Shown here: piece by piece, positions 11,988-25,639 of the stretch | Numbering within the stretch: the stretch's first letter is position 1 | Layout: each line of letters begins with the position of its first letter | Origin: Podarcis tiliguerta | Taxonomy: Eukaryota | Assembly: GCA_965153285.1 (NCBI GenBank) | Contig: OZ229112.1 | Length of the DNA stretch: 64,000 bases | Reading direction: 5' to 3' (one strand) | Made by a program: the position numbers and the translations under genes | Notes under the pieces: generated by a model | The model's database searches: none | What the model saw: the letters and a program-made list of their open reading frames with translations, nothing else | Told to the model about the DNA's origin: nothing

Positions 11988-13374
11988 GTGATTTTGTTGT
12001 TGTTTTCAAATATGCAGTTAATCATTTAATTGTATTATTGCTTATAATCTTTTACTTAATTAAATCCCTTCCCCCTCCTTCCATTTTCCCCACATGCTGC
12101 CTTTCATTTGACCTTTTGGTCTCTGTGGCAAGTGTTTCCTCATAGTGTATCCTTCTGCTTTGTAGTATGCTACTCAAAGCCCTCATTCCCACCAATCAGA
12201 AACAGTGTTCTCATATCAAGGCTTCTTAACATGGCAGCTGTATTGTGATAACTGTCCAGCCCGTAGCAAGGAGTTGCATAGAGATTTACAACTGTATAAA
12301 TGAGTTAAAACAAAGCAGAACTATGGTTTTACCAAAGTAATTTATTTTCCATACATTTTTGGAGTGCACGGGGTGGTGGTAGGGCTAGATGGATATGTGT
12401 AGAACAGAGATGAACAGAAAGCTTGTGCACGTAAGGGTGGGTGTCATAAAGCAAAAGGCAAAAAGGATTTCCCCCCTTTTCCACCTGTTGTAGGGGCATG
12501 AAATGTGCTGCAAGGCGGGAAGAAGGGAATGGGCATGTATATGTTGATAATGGTTATGACATTGCAGTAGTAGCTGCTGATCTGCCTGTATTTTGCTATG
12601 CAGATATATCATATATTCTGTGCACTTCTGCAGACAGTGAAATAGACTTTTCACACAGCACGACCCTGCATACTTATCACCAGAAGCACACAATCATGTT
12701 GTATCATACTGTTGTGGTGCACTCAGCTTGTGGGGACTTTATCACCTGATCCTCCTCCTAGTCCCTTCTCAAACCCTAGCTATATACTTCTATCTTACTA
12801 ATCATATGTATTTTGGAAGTATACCCGATATTTAATCAGAACCTGGCAGTACAGATGCATGGGGTTCATTGCATGTTGAAGTAATCATTATCCATTTTGG
12901 CAGATTTTGAAAGAACATATAATCCAGCGCATTACCAACTAGTCCATCAGACGGTGATGGATTGTCTTCCTGATAGCCTTCTGTGCTTAGCAGGTGATAG
13001 TCTGTTGGATGCAGCTTGTTGACACTTCCATTGGAAATAGTAGACTCCATAAAAAACCAGTGAGCAAATAGCACACCAATGCTCAAACGTAGGTTTTAAA
13101 AGAGTGCATTGTGGGTAGTAGTAAGGTATTTTTATAAAGTTTTCGTAAAGAACAACCTTGCTGGATCAGACCAAAAGTCCTTTTTTAAAAGCATCCTGCT
13201 CTTGGTGTAGAAAGTGAAAATGGGGGAACATGTTGTTTTGATGCTGCATGTGTTTGTGAAGGGGGCCTCAGGACAGCAACACCCTTACCTGGATACTGGA
13301 TTTGGCTTTGGTAGTGGTGCTTTTTGCTCTTAAGCTTGTTATTTTACTTTTATGGATGGCTAATAGAAGTGCCA

Positions 13375-13737
13375 AGGATGTGGGTGACGCTGTGGATTAA
13401 ACCACAGAGCCTAGGACTTGCCGATCAGAAGGTTGGCGGTTTGAATCCCCGTGACAGGGTGAGCTCCCGTGGCTCAGTCCCAGCTTCTGCCAACCTAGCA
13501 GTTTGAAAGCACGTCAAAGTGCAAGTAGATAAATAGGTACCACTCCAGTGGGAAGGTAAATGGCGTTTCCATGCGCCACTCTGGTTCTCCAGAAGCGGCT
13601 TAGTCATGCTGGCCACATGACCCGGAAGCTGTCTGCAGACAAACGCCTGCTCCCTCAGCTTATAGAGCGAGATGAGTGCCGCAACCCCAGAGTCGGCCAC
13701 GACTGGACCTAATGGTCAGGGGTTCCTTTACCCTTTA
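13375..13737 (+). mobile_element. Sauria SINE, full length
   Basis: tRNA-like head (gccgatcagaaggttggcggtttgaatccc), typical body and BovB-like tail. 16-bp TSD gctaata(g/c)aagtgcca at 13359-13374 and 13738-13753. Confidence 0.92.
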
Positions 13738-16700
13738 GCTAATACAAGTGCCAGCAAACTGCACTATTCAATTTCTGAGATGCTTATCCCCTTCTGTGTC
13801 CCTATTAGGTACTCTTATGGTCTGTTTTTATTCTGTTTTGTTCCTGTCTTGTTCAACAGATCTGAGTAGGGGTGGGAGAGAGTAAGTTTCCAGTGACAGC
13901 TGATAAAGTCAGACCTGAAATTTCAGGCTCTGTGACCCTTGGATGTCACTCTTATGAGTAAAGAATACTGTGAGGGTTTTTTTTAGTTGGGACGCACCCT
14001 TTAATTACGAGTGCTCTCTTCTTAAATACATTCACCGTTAGTCCATCCAAACCTCAATAATCATACACTGAAACTGAATTAGAACATAACAAGCTAATGA
14101 TGCCTACATTCTTGTCCCTTTATGTGAAGCTAACTACTCAATTAGGTGTGATTATCTACTGAGCTGCCCTGTGCTATGTTTACATTTGGAAGTTGAAAAG
14201 CCTTTTAAAGTTTTGACAGTATGGAGAGGTGTTTGGTTAAACCTCTCAAAACTATGGGGCTCCCAGGGGGAAACTTTCAAGGAGTAAAGTGGCCTGGCAA
14301 TGTGTATTCTGTGCAGATTAGTCTGCTATAAGTGACTTGCACTGTACCAGGACCAATGTGAAATTCATTGCTACTCCTTGTGAAACCTTTGGATCTTTAG
14401 TCAAATCGGGTTAAAAACTGTTGATTATTTTCAACAAAAGACATTAGCAGCTGGCCAATGTAAATAAGGCTGCATTAAGAAAGGAGTTCTTGCTTAAGCA
14501 TCTTGAGAGTATTTTCATGGCCCACGTTTGGACCAATCACAAGTACCTCTATATAGGAACATTACATGGAGGAAACAATGTTTCATGGACACGTTAGCAA
14601 ACAGGATCCTAGACTTGTGTCCTGTGCACTGATTCATCAGCAGAAAACTGGAATAGATGACTAATCTTTCTCATCTGCTTTCTCATATGATTCCTTTAAA
14701 AGGTCTGTTTGTGAACCCAGAGCATTATGTTACACAAGGGCCCTAAGGCAAGTCTACCACACTATGGGAAACTCCCAGTGTAACTTCGTTGTAGTCCTGG
14801 CTGTAGGAAATTCCCAAGTCAAGCGGAAAAACCTTAGGACTAGAGTTGGTTGGGTAAAGAACAGCAACTCCAGATGAGAATGGCAAGTTCCTGAGTAAAG
14901 CATGCAAAGGTGATGGGAGGTTATTTCTCTTGTGAAAAATAGCCAAAAAAACACCCAACCTATGTGATATAGTGGATTTGGTGCATGGAAACTTGAAAGT
15001 TCAATCCCCACTTGGATAGAAAACCGCAGAACCATAAAACTAATAAGTGGACCGCTTTTCCAGTCTAATTCACTTCAATGTGTTGTTCTGAAAAGTTCTG
15101 AAAATAAAATGGAAATATAAGGAAATGCACACATGCTCTTGAAAGAAAGGTACATCTACAAACGTAATTAATCAATCTCTTCCAGTGTTCCCCCCTTTGA
15201 AGAGTTCATATATTCTGAACAAGTTCCCCATTCATGGGACTGACTGCTAAGTTGCAAGCTAGTCTTAAAAAATAAATAAAAACTTTGGCATAAATGAAGG
15301 ATCAACAAACACTTGTCCCTCTTTTTAAAGCACCCCAACACTGGTTGTGTACTGATGCTTGGCGTGACAATAATAATAATAAAATAGGTACATGCCACCA
15401 CTTTTAATTTGTAGTGCATTTTTTCAGATTCTATGAAAAATTATACATTTGCTGGAAAAAAAATGTTACATTAGTTTTAGTGCTGATTGAGAGTGAGCAA
15501 ATTAGTGCAGCTGCCCTCTGCTTTAAGAGTTTCCTCTGTACAGTATAGAGAAAGCATGGTAGGCAAGCCAGTGTTCGCTTTAATTTTCTCTTGACAATTT
15601 TACTGATTTTGGACAGAAAACTGTGGCTTGAATTTAAGCTCAAAAACACAAAAATGGGAAGAGGGGAGAGAAGGAGACAATTTATTCAAGATTTGCCGGA
15701 GTACTATGAGGATAAACCCAGATAATAGCTTATTTGCTTGAACACTGCTGCTTCAATACTTCAAAAATTGTATATGGATCTTCTGTAGGCAGTTTACTTT
15801 TTTGTTTTTAATTTTAAAGGGATGGCAAAACAAATGTTCTCATGTGTAATACGTTACACATCGGTATGTTATGTATTGTCCTAGTAAGATTTATGTTCTC
15901 TCTTGTTCATTACAATTCCTCTAGCCTTTCTTGCAAGGCCTAGTTTTTCTTTTAATGAGCATTCACACAGTCAGACAGTGGGGCGGGGGGAGGTGGGGGT
16001 GTGTGAACATAGTGCATTGATTTTGATTGCAGCATTATTCTACACTCGACTTATATAAAATAAAGAAGTCCATTGTACAGAGCACAGTAAGGGATGGGAG
16101 GAGAGAATCATTTTTTCCCTGTAATTGGACAGCAACTATAAAAGCTTGAATCACTTGTAATAATAGAGACTGCAGTGCATGGTGGATTTTTTTTTTTTTA
16201 AATAGGGTTGGTTTTTTTTAGTGTGAAGCAGGGGAAGGATAATTAAAAAAGTGGATATGGGTGGGACCAAGTGAGTTTGTGCACTTGATTTTGCTTGTAA
16301 TATGTCTGAATTATAAGATCTATAACTGAATATTGCCATGGACATGTAAAAGTCTATGGCCTATAGATGTCATACATGACAATCTCTTACATTCATTTTG
16401 TCTCGTGCAAATAATATAACTGTACCAGGAAGCCATGGAGAATTGCGGTTTCCATAAAATCTGAGATGTCTGCCTGTGACAGTCTACATACAGTACTCCT
16501 TCCTGAAGAGAATCGTTTCTTGACAATTTAGTAAAATTTGACATGGTTTCAAGTGCTGCAGAACTGTGAAAAGGGAGTAATAGGTTGCTGTTGATAGCCA
16601 TTGAGATGAATCTTTGGGCTAGTGGTGGGGTAGGGAGAGGAGGCTATATCTAAGCTACCTTATGAGGTATGCATTTAGCAAACCGGAAAAAATGGAAACA

Positions 16701-17023
16701 GGCAAATTTTTGCAGAGCAAAAATAAATACACCATAATGACTTTGCTTCCCTTAATCAAATATATGTGTAATGAAATCAATCCAACTTGTGTTCTGTGTT
16801 AAGCACTGGTTTGATGTATCTGTTGGCTGCCACCTGCTTTATTTAATACAGACAACAACCATTTTGCATGGGGGTTGTGTTCCTGAGCCCTGCATGCATA
16901 AGCAGAGCGTGTAAAAGCCTGCTCCTCCCAGTTCCACACCCTCCCTGCTCTGTCCTACCCCCATTACGCTCCCTTTCACTGCTGTTTAGAATATTGCTTG
17001 TGTTTTAAGACTTCCAGGTACTA

Positions 17024-17265
17024 CAGTGGTACCTTGGGTTACATATGCTTCAGGTTACATATGCTTCAGGTTACAGACTCCGCTAACCCACAAATAGTAC
17101 CTCAGGTTAAGAACTTAGCTTCAGGATGAGAACAGAAATCGTGCGGTGGTGGTGCAGTGGCAGCAGGAGGCCGCATTAGCTAAAGTGGTACCCCAGGTTA
17201 AGAACAGTTTCAGGTTAAGAATGGACCTCCAGAATGAATTAAGTTCTTAACCTGAGGTACCACTG
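17024..17265. mobile_element. Tc1/mariner MITE, family A
   Basis: TA|CAGTGGTACCT...AGGTACCACTG|TA; internal cttcaggtta repeats. Confidence 0.9.
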
Positions 17266-17589
17266 TATATGACTTCAGCTACTGTAATTGCTTAAGAAGG
17301 TCTTTATGCAGGAATAAGGAGTCATTGGTTCAAACTGATGAAGAACAGCTTTTATATTCCCAGTTATATATCCCCTTTTATATTATATCTCCAGATGTAA
17401 AAGTTTCCTGATATATATAAACTGGGAATATGTGAGTTAAGCTCTTACTACAGTCCTGGCATGGAAACTGAATCAACCCATGGTTTGCATTCCTGACTTG
17501 AAGTAGGAGCTTAAGTCAGTTTTCAACTTCAGATGAAATGGAAACTGGGTTAAAAGTGAGAGAAGGGTAAAGGAAAAGAGGAGAGGTGG

Positions 17590-17667
17590 TTTTAGTCATA
17601 GTAGACCCATTGAAATTAACGGACTTAGTCATGCTCATTAATTTCAGTGGGTCTGCTTTGACTAAAA
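17590..17667. repeat. Palindromic MITE-like repeat
   Basis: Arms ttttagtcatagtagacccattgaaattaa / ttaatttcagtgggtctgctttgactaaaa. Confidence 0.6.
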
Positions 17668-18359
17668 TGTTGTTGAATACCCCATTCCCCCCGCCCCCGT
17701 GCTTGTTTGTGGTCTAGTAAAGTATGGTGTAGTGAACCAAGATCATTGCATCTGAACCACACCTCTAAGTAAGACCAGTAGTTAAAGATTCAGCAGTTCT
17801 GTTTGCTTTTCTCAGTGTGCCATTGTTGTCTGGTGAAGGTGACGAGCAGCTGTCAGTGAAGTAAGTCAGTGAGTACACCCCAAAGTTGGGAGGAGAGCTA
17901 GGGAGTTTTTGACAGCAGTATGGTGGGGTTCAGGTTGTTTGGTGGAAAACCCTGAAGATGCTTGGCCGCATTGGCAACCTTCTACACTGCCCTTTCATTG
18001 TCTGAATAGGGAAGATAAGCAGAGGATGGGCACAAGGAAGGTTGGTCACTGCTGCCTGAAAAGCACTTGGGGTGCCTTCAGTAAGCATCATCTCAAGCCA
18101 GCGCACCTACCAGCACACCTACTTCTCTGCCAATTTTCTCCTGGGTAAAAGCCGTGGGGACAGGAGTTGGTGGTCAAAGAGGAAGGTAGTTAGGCATTTG
18201 ACAAGTGCTTGTTCAGCAAGGCCAGCCAAAACTTTTGGATCTCTGTACATATCGATAATAAGGTATGTAAGTGGATTATAACAACTATTGGAACTCAATT
18301 CATATGTGGTTTCTGTCATTAAGTTGTAAATTTAGGGAAGTACATAATGCTGAAAACAG

Positions 18360-18488
18360 CAGGGATGGGGAACCCCCAGCAGTTATTGGACTCCAGTCCA
18401 ATCAGCCGCAGCCAATATTCCCAGTGGTCATGGATGATGGGAACTGTAGTCCAGCAACATTTGGAGGGCCACATGCTCCCTCCCCCTG
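18360..18488. mobile_element. Old hAT-type palindromic MITE
   Basis: CAGGGATGGGGAAC...CCCCTG ends; gatgatgggaactgtagtcc core shared with 24030 and 48668. Confidence 0.6.
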
Positions 18489-19193
18489 TTTGCAAAACTG
18501 TGTAGGGAATAGTTTTGTCTGTCCCTCCTTCCCTTATGTGCCCACACCCATCTGATGCAAATTTCAAAACTCAAATCATTTTTAATGCTAGCAATTGCTT
18601 AAAATTCCAGAGTAATAAGTACTTGTGGTTTGGTATGCAATGCCATAATCACATGGCTAGTTTGGATAATTATGTTGTATTGACAATAAATGTTAACTTA
18701 GACATGCTAAAACTATGGGTTAGGCTTGCGGTGGTTTCAAAGAGTATATTTCAGTCTTGATTTGGACTGTTATCAGCATGTTAAATTTGGAATATGCTTG
18801 GAAAAAATATCCTCTCAACTAAATTAGCAGTATTAGTGCTTTCCCCTCATATTTTTAGAAACTGGCATGTCAATACAGTTCTCCCTGTGATTTATTCATA
18901 CAACTGCTGGAATTGGGCACTGGCATTCCAAGAGTTTTCAGAATTCTAGGAATTGTTTTTTTGTTTTTTTAAAGCTACTTTTAGGTTGTATCTTAGCTGG
19001 ACATAGTGATTTGTTTTTGTTTGATTCCTTTGAACTTTAAGATTTCTTTCAAAAACGTGACTTAGCAGAATGCTTGCGTATAAAAATTCCTATGTTGAAA
19101 TATTCTGTGTATAGATCTGATTTAACTTGTTCTTAGCTTAAATTGCAGTCATGTTGATCTTAATAAATTTGGGTGTTAGAGCTGCTGTTCTGG

Positions 19194-19222
19194 GTGTGTG
19201 TGTGTGTGTGTATGCGCGCGCG

Positions 19223-19253
<31 letters not shown>

Positions 19254-19254
19254 A
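19194..19254. repeat. Compound (TG)n-(CG)8-(CA)n microsatellite
   Basis: About 60 bp of uninterrupted purine-pyrimidine alternation. Confidence 0.95.
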
Positions 19255-20009
19255 GCTGTCTGCATTTTTGGACTCTCCTTGGGAGTGTAGATAGCTAGCT
19301 GGGCAGTCATAATGAGCTCCTTTACTTCAAAAAAAATGTACCGCTATACTACTGAGCATTGGTATGGTTGTTTAATGACTGGATGGCCCAGAGAGACCAA
19401 TATGAATATTATTAAGCACTAGATATTTAAGAAGAGCATGATAGGCAAGTAATTTTTAAGTGCCTCCATGTTGTATGATTAACTTTGTAATAGCAGTATA
19501 TTTCTTGGCTTTTCCAATGTGTGTTTGTGTGGTTCACCATTAGACATGTGATAGATGGAGCACTTCTATTTGCCATACGTTAAAGGATCATGCTTTTAAA
19601 TTGGCAGGCCTGATTTAATGATTACCAACTTAAATCATGTTCCCCTGCTGGAAGACAACACGGTCAGGCACAGTAATATACTTTGCCTGATTAGCTGCAC
19701 CTGCTGACCCATCCCCAGGGCAAAAGAAAGGCCTTTTCCTGCTGGTATAAATCTCAAATGATGATCTCTGTCTCCTTTTCTTCCTTCCCTTGCATTTTTT
19801 GTCTGCTTGCCCTACTCTTTTGGTTTGGCATGTGTCTAAATATAAACGAGGTACCAGTATATGAATGGCTGTGTTTTTTTGTTGTAGTTATGCATTTAGC
19901 AGATTTGGTAGATTACTGTCATACTTTTTCTTACACTGTAGTTAAGTGCAGTTAAGTCATGGGAACTACTCATCCATAGTGCCGCCATCTTGCCAGCTTT
20001 TCTCTCATC

Positions 20010-20730
20010 CATCACACCACCGCGTCCAGGCTCTCCCTATTCAGATGTTATGGAGAAATAGAACTCGGTATCATCAGCATACTGATGGCGACTTGTCCCC
20101 AAACACCAAACAACCACTTCTGTGGCTTCATAGAGATATTAAATAGCATTGCAGATAAGGTGGTGTTCTGCAGTACCCGGTAACACAGCTGCCAGGGAAC
20201 TAAAAAGCAGTCTCCCAATGTAACTGTCTGGACATGGTCCTGAAGGTAAAATTGGAACATCTCAGGGCTAGCCCAGTATGATACTATAGTTAATGGTATG
20301 AAAATCTGACAAGCAAAATAAGAAACAAGAACAAGGTTGCATTCCCCCTTCCTTGCTCTCTACAGGGTCATCTCTCATGGTGACCAATCAAACCCAATCC
20401 CATGGCCAGGCCTCAATCCAGATTGAAATGGATCTAAATAGTCTGCATCATTCAAGAATGCTGGTAGCTGCCCCAGCACAACCCTCTCCACCACCTTCCC
20501 CCAGTGTTTGTGACTGCAATACTTGTTCCAGTATAAGGGGTCTATGGCCAGTTTCAAGGCAGCAGGGACCCTTACACAAGGAAGCATTAACCGTGCTGTG
20601 GACCCAACCAGTCAACCCTCTGCTAGATTTAGTAAGCCAGGAGAGACTGAGGTCAGAGGGCATGTGATCATATGTATTCCCGCCAGCACCTTATCTACAT
20701 CATTTCTCAATTTCACTTCAGCCACATAAA
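20010..20730 (-). mobile_element. Older L2 LINE RT fragment
   Basis: Minus-strand GKVVERVVLGQLPAFLNDADYLDPFQSG, VNASL, and YADD (tcatcagcata on + at 20071); many frameshifts. Confidence 0.85.
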
Positions 20731-21394
20731 TTAGCCTAGCACATTGGTTGTCAGTTAGTGGATTGGAACCCATTACTGGGTCACAACCTGACCTACCACA
20801 ATGCAAATGTATGGTTAAAAAAAAGTAGGAAATGAATCCTTTAATGCATGTTTGTGTTAAAGGTAGGCCACAGGGCCGAAACATTAAAGGCTACCACTAG
20901 CATGTTTAAAACCGGAAGTCATACAAATCAACGTTTTAAAAAGATTGACAACAGTAGTACTATGACAACTTTAGTTTCACTTCTATAATGTAACAAAATT
21001 ACAAAGTCCAAAATACAGCATTTCCCTACAAACAGAACATGGGGAAGAAGAAACTATAATTATTCTCTTGTGCCTTTGAACTTGGTTCAAAATTTCACCA
21101 TATCTACACAAATAGGGAATGCCTTGGGGTGAAACTTACAAACCTGTTTGGAACTGTAAGCTTGCACATACTGTACCTTTCTTGACTTATCACAAACTCT
21201 CTGAGGCATTACCCTTTGTACGCCTGATGGCTTTTGTTTGACCTTATTTAAAAAGTGGTGGGTAGTGGCAGACCTAGAGGCTACTTGTGGAAAAATGGGG
21301 TAAGTTAAAGTTGGATAGGAATAGAGAAGTCCTAATGATAGGTCAGTCGATAGATCATGAGACTCTTAATCTCAGAACTATGGGACCTACGTTG

Positions 21395-21472
21395 GGTGAA
21401 AGATTCCCGCATTGCACGGCTTGGACTAGATTATCCTCGTGGTCCTTTTCAACTCTACAATTCTATGATTTT
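21395..21472 (+). mobile_element. CR1 LINE (or CR1-tailed SINE) 3' end
   Basis: ttggactagattatcctcgtggtccttttcaactctacaattctatgatt, with the CR1 ATTCTRTG tail. Confidence 0.75.
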
Positions 21473-21534
21473 ACTACCACATCCCAAAATAAAGACACAT
21501 CTATCACTACTTTATTTATTACCGTCCCTTTACC

Positions 21535-21725
21535 CTAAGGTCCCAGGTCTCATCCTCACCATACCGTTAAAACACATTTGAGACAGATGGCTTTCCTCAA
21601 AGAATCCTAGGTAGTGAAGTTTACCTATCACAGGAGTACAGTCCCAACACCCTTAACAAACTACAGTTCCCAGGATTCTTTTGGGGAAAGTCATGTGCTT
21701 TAAATGTAAGATGTAGATGTGGCCA
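21535..21725. mobile_element. Degenerate palindromic non-autonomous DNA element
   Basis: aagaatcctagg...aaactacagttcccaggattctt inverted core; ends gtagatgtggcc. Confidence 0.45.
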
Positions 21726-23976
21726 CGGTCTTTTGGACTGAAATCTACTGTATCTTTCTACCATATCTTTGTTCAGAACTATATAATAATATGGAAACAT
21801 TCAGGTTTCACTTTCAGAAAGCTGTAGACAAAGAGCATGTTATTGTTGTGATGTAGCCATAATTGTGGTATGGCCACCCAGAATACTAAACCATGTTTCC
21901 TTGTCATTTGCACCTAGTGGAACTTCCCAGATACAGTGCACATAACTCACAAAGAACACCCAAGCAACTCAGGAAAGCCTGGGCTTATCAGCTGCCAACA
22001 TGTTCTGTTCTCTGGAACATCCAATCAGAAGCCGGGATGGCTTCTGTAATTCCAGGATGTCCCGGTCAAATCAGGACTGTTGATGGGTATGCCATAATAG
22101 TAGGTAGTGGATGAATTTCTTCAGCGCATGGAGATAAGACATCATGAACTCTTCAACTACTGCAAATCAAGCTGGTCACAAAAGCAACCCCACTGTTCAC
22201 ACGAGTGTAAAAGAGCTGGCCTCTCTTTTGAAGAAGGGCTTCTTCAGTCATTGCTAAAAAGTTTTTAAATACGTATACTAGTCCTATAAACTTCATGTAT
22301 GCATACCTGTATTATAGAAAACAACAACACTAAAATCCACAGTTAGTTACCTAACTGTGACCAAACAAAGCTGTTGGTGGTGATAGATAATTGCAGGTCA
22401 TGTTGAGCATGTTACCAAGGCAATTTTTATCCTAATTTTTCATCCTCGCAAAAAATCTTACTGGATTTTAGGTCTCTCTTTTGTTCAGTTTTTATTATGT
22501 TACATTTTATGCTCTAAACATTCACTGTCATTTCACTTATGGATGGCTACTTAAAGATTTGTACTGGTCTTCACAGCTTCAACCCAGCTTATTGTCTCCT
22601 AGGAACATCATTAATGTGTTGTTTATTTTTCTCTTCCAGGTAATTAATGAACACATTTTTTAAAGACTGGACTTAGCCAACTCCAATGGCTCTGATCCAA
22701 ATGCTTATTCCAACACTGTGTGTTGGTGCATGTGCAAACTGTAATGTTTTGGACAACTTCCCAGAGAAGTAGCATAGCAAATAATCTGCACTTTTCCTTT
22801 CTGTTTTAACAGCATTAAACTCACAAGAAAGTATTATTATTTTAGTAGCCCTTCACATATCACAGCAAATAGTCCCCATTACAGCACTAACCCATGATCA
22901 CATCTCTGAAACCCATATATTTTCCTGTGCCCTATCTGCTGTCACAGTCCCAAGGTCCACATGACTGTAACTACTTCCACACCCCCTCTTCTGACACCAC
23001 TGGTTTCAGCCAACCTCTGAGTAGCTGAGAGGGACAGGGGAACTGCATTCATGACCATAGAGGCTGCTCCAGAGTCTTCTGTGAGAAACTGATGCTTCTG
23101 CAGATGGAGCATAGAAAGAAGGGTTGTCGCAAGAGGATTTTCCTGGTATGTCCTCAGATGTGTACCTTTGAATGTTGTGTTGAAATCTTCCTCCTTTCTT
23201 TGGTTCACCAAGCTTCTGGAGTGGCCTTGTGAGATGGTGTACTTGTTTTTCTCAGTGAATATCTCAATTTGGATAAAACGCCTTTTGATTTCCCCTAATA
23301 AAACAATTTGTGCTTTTACATGCATGTGCACTTTCTAGTTACATAGAAGGCCATTTTGTGGGAGTTTTCACAGGGCTGCCAACTCCTGACGTTTTGTTTG
23401 TGAGGAAAGTATGATTCCCACAAGATTTGGATAGCTTTAAAATAGTATTACACTAACTCATGGAGGATAAGGCTAGGTTTTCACGTTCACTGTTGGAGGC
23501 AATATGCCTCTATATACCAGTTGTTGGGACTCGCAAGTGGAGAAGAGTGTTGTTGCCGGCTTTGGAAAGGCACGTGGCCTTGGAAAATTCCATGCTCAAA
23601 ATACCTAATAATGTAATTGTTTTATTCCTTATGTTAAACACTTTGAAGGTGTTGGTTTTTTCATCCTCAAGCGGTATGAAAAGTTATCATTACGAATTTT
23701 TTTCCATTGTGGTTCTAAACTTTAGTTATAACAACATGGACATTCTGAGGTATATGGTAGTATCATAGAAACTGCTCATATATACACTGTATCACTCATT
23801 AGTATTATGTTGTATAGTGCTTCTTTTGGGGCAGAGATGGGAGACAATGAATGAGACTGGGAATGGGCTTTAGTAGGTAAAAATGGGGAGGGAGGCAGGC
23901 AGGCAGTAGGCAGAGGAAAATTTAATTATCCTTTCCCACCTGAAATCATACCCATTGCCTCATGTTGCACAACTTT

Positions 23977-25011
23977 TCATAGAAACATAGAATTATAGAG
24001 TTGAAAGTGATACCTAGGTTTATCTAGTCCAGGTATAGGGAAACTCAGGCCTCCAGATGTTTTGGGACTACAATTCCCACCATCCCTGACCACTGGTCCT
24101 GTTAGCTAGGGATGATGGGAGTTGTAGTCCCAAAACATCTGGAGGCCTGAGTTTCCCTATGCCTGAACGAGTCCAACCCGTGCAATGCAGGAATCTCAAC
24201 TCGAACTCATCAAGTGGTTGGCCATCCAACCTCTGCTTAAAAATCTCCAATGAAGGAGAGTCCGCCACATATTGTAGGCATCCATTTCACTATTGAACAG
24301 TTCTTGCTGCCAGAAAGTTGTTCCTGATTTTTAGTCAGAATCTCCTTCTTGTAACTTGAAGCCATTGGTTCGGGTCCAAGCCTCCAGAGCAGGAGAAAGC
24401 CAGTTTGCTCCATCTTCCATGTGGCCCTTGATCATCTTGGTTGCCCTCCTCTGGACACATTCCAGCCTGTCAATATCATTCGTAAATTGTGCTCCCCAGA
24501 ACTTGACACAGGACTCGAAGTGTGGTCTGACCAAGGCAGAATAGAGCGGGACTGTTAATTCTCTTGACAGGGACACTATACTTTCGCTGAATAGCTTTCA
24601 CTTTTTTTGCTGCTGCATCACACTGTTGACTCTTGTTAAGCTTGTGGTCTATTAAGACCCCTAGTTCCTTTTTGCATGTCCTGGCAATCCATTTGCAATC
24701 CAGGTGTTCACCTTCTTATATTTGTGCAGCTGATTCTTCCTGACTATGTGCAGAATCTTACATTTGTCCCTATTGAAATGCATTTTGTTAGTTTTGGCAC
24801 CGTTTTCCTAATCTGTTAAGGTCATCTTGAATCCCAATTCTATCTTCATCATTGGCTACTCCCCCCCCCCCCCCCAGTTTGGTGTCATTTGCATGCCCTC
24901 AATTCCTTCATCCAAGTCCTTTATAAAGGTGTTGAACAACAATAGGCCCACTTGACTGTTGCACCCCACTTGCCACTTTTTTCCAGGATGACAAGGAACC
25001 GCTAGTGAGCA
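23977..25011 (-). mobile_element. CR1 LINE 3' portion, interrupted by a MITE
   Basis: Minus-strand PLYSALVRPHFESCVKFW...DIDRLECVQRRATKMIKG and SPSLEIFKQRLD; the (ATTCTATG)-type tail appears as catagaa on + near 23980. Confidence 0.92.
24030..24165. mobile_element. hAT-type palindromic MITE nested in CR1
   Basis: 136-bp near-perfect hairpin; diverged 8-bp TSD atctagtc/aacgagtc; CR1 sequence resumes on both sides. Confidence 0.88.
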
Positions 25012-25639
25012 TGAAAAGAAGGCTCTACCGCTATTTTGTGTAGTTTCAACTTTACTCAGAGAACATAATGGCTCTTCTGTCTTTTTTTTTTTAAAAAAAA
25101 TTTATATCACAGATATAGAATACTGTCAATAAAAGAAGTACAAAAAAGTCAACGAAACATCCCAAATCCAGTTCAAGGCATAATCAACAATGTGCAAAAA
25201 CAGTAGGCTAACCCGGGACAAACAGTGATTTTTAAAGTGTGCTTAAGTTCTTGTTTGGGCTGTGCCTAGTTCTAGTATTTTCAGAGGACACCTTAGGTTT
25301 GCAGGAAACCATTGGTGACATTCAAGTGTAATAACAATCGGCTCTTGATTGTTTGTTTTCCTTACTTGCACCATAAGTCTCTCTTTGTGTGTGCGCACAT
25401 GCATACAATATGAAAACTAGCCAAATAAAGCACTTCAAAAGTAACACATTCCAGAGCAATTACACACACACACAAAAAAGTTAGAAAGAGCCAGAACTTG
25501 CAATTCATAGGAAACTGCTGAGGTAGATTAAGGGTGATTTATTTTTCCTGATGCTGACCAGTAGATGAATATGAGCTGTTTTCAGTGCGAAAGTGCTGAC
25601 AAGGGAGATAAAACAAATGTATTTAGGTTTGTACTGTGC

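Noticed and set aside
11744-12145. 133-aa ORF as a single-exon gene
   Set aside because: Starts at TTG and runs past the splice donor; only 11786-11987 matches NHSL1.
17030-17220. CRISPR-like spaced repeats (cttcaggtta)
   Set aside because: Short internal repeats of a MITE with irregular spacing, vertebrate context, no cas genes.
24030-24165. miRNA precursor
   Set aside because: Multi-copy hAT MITE with a TSD explains the hairpin.
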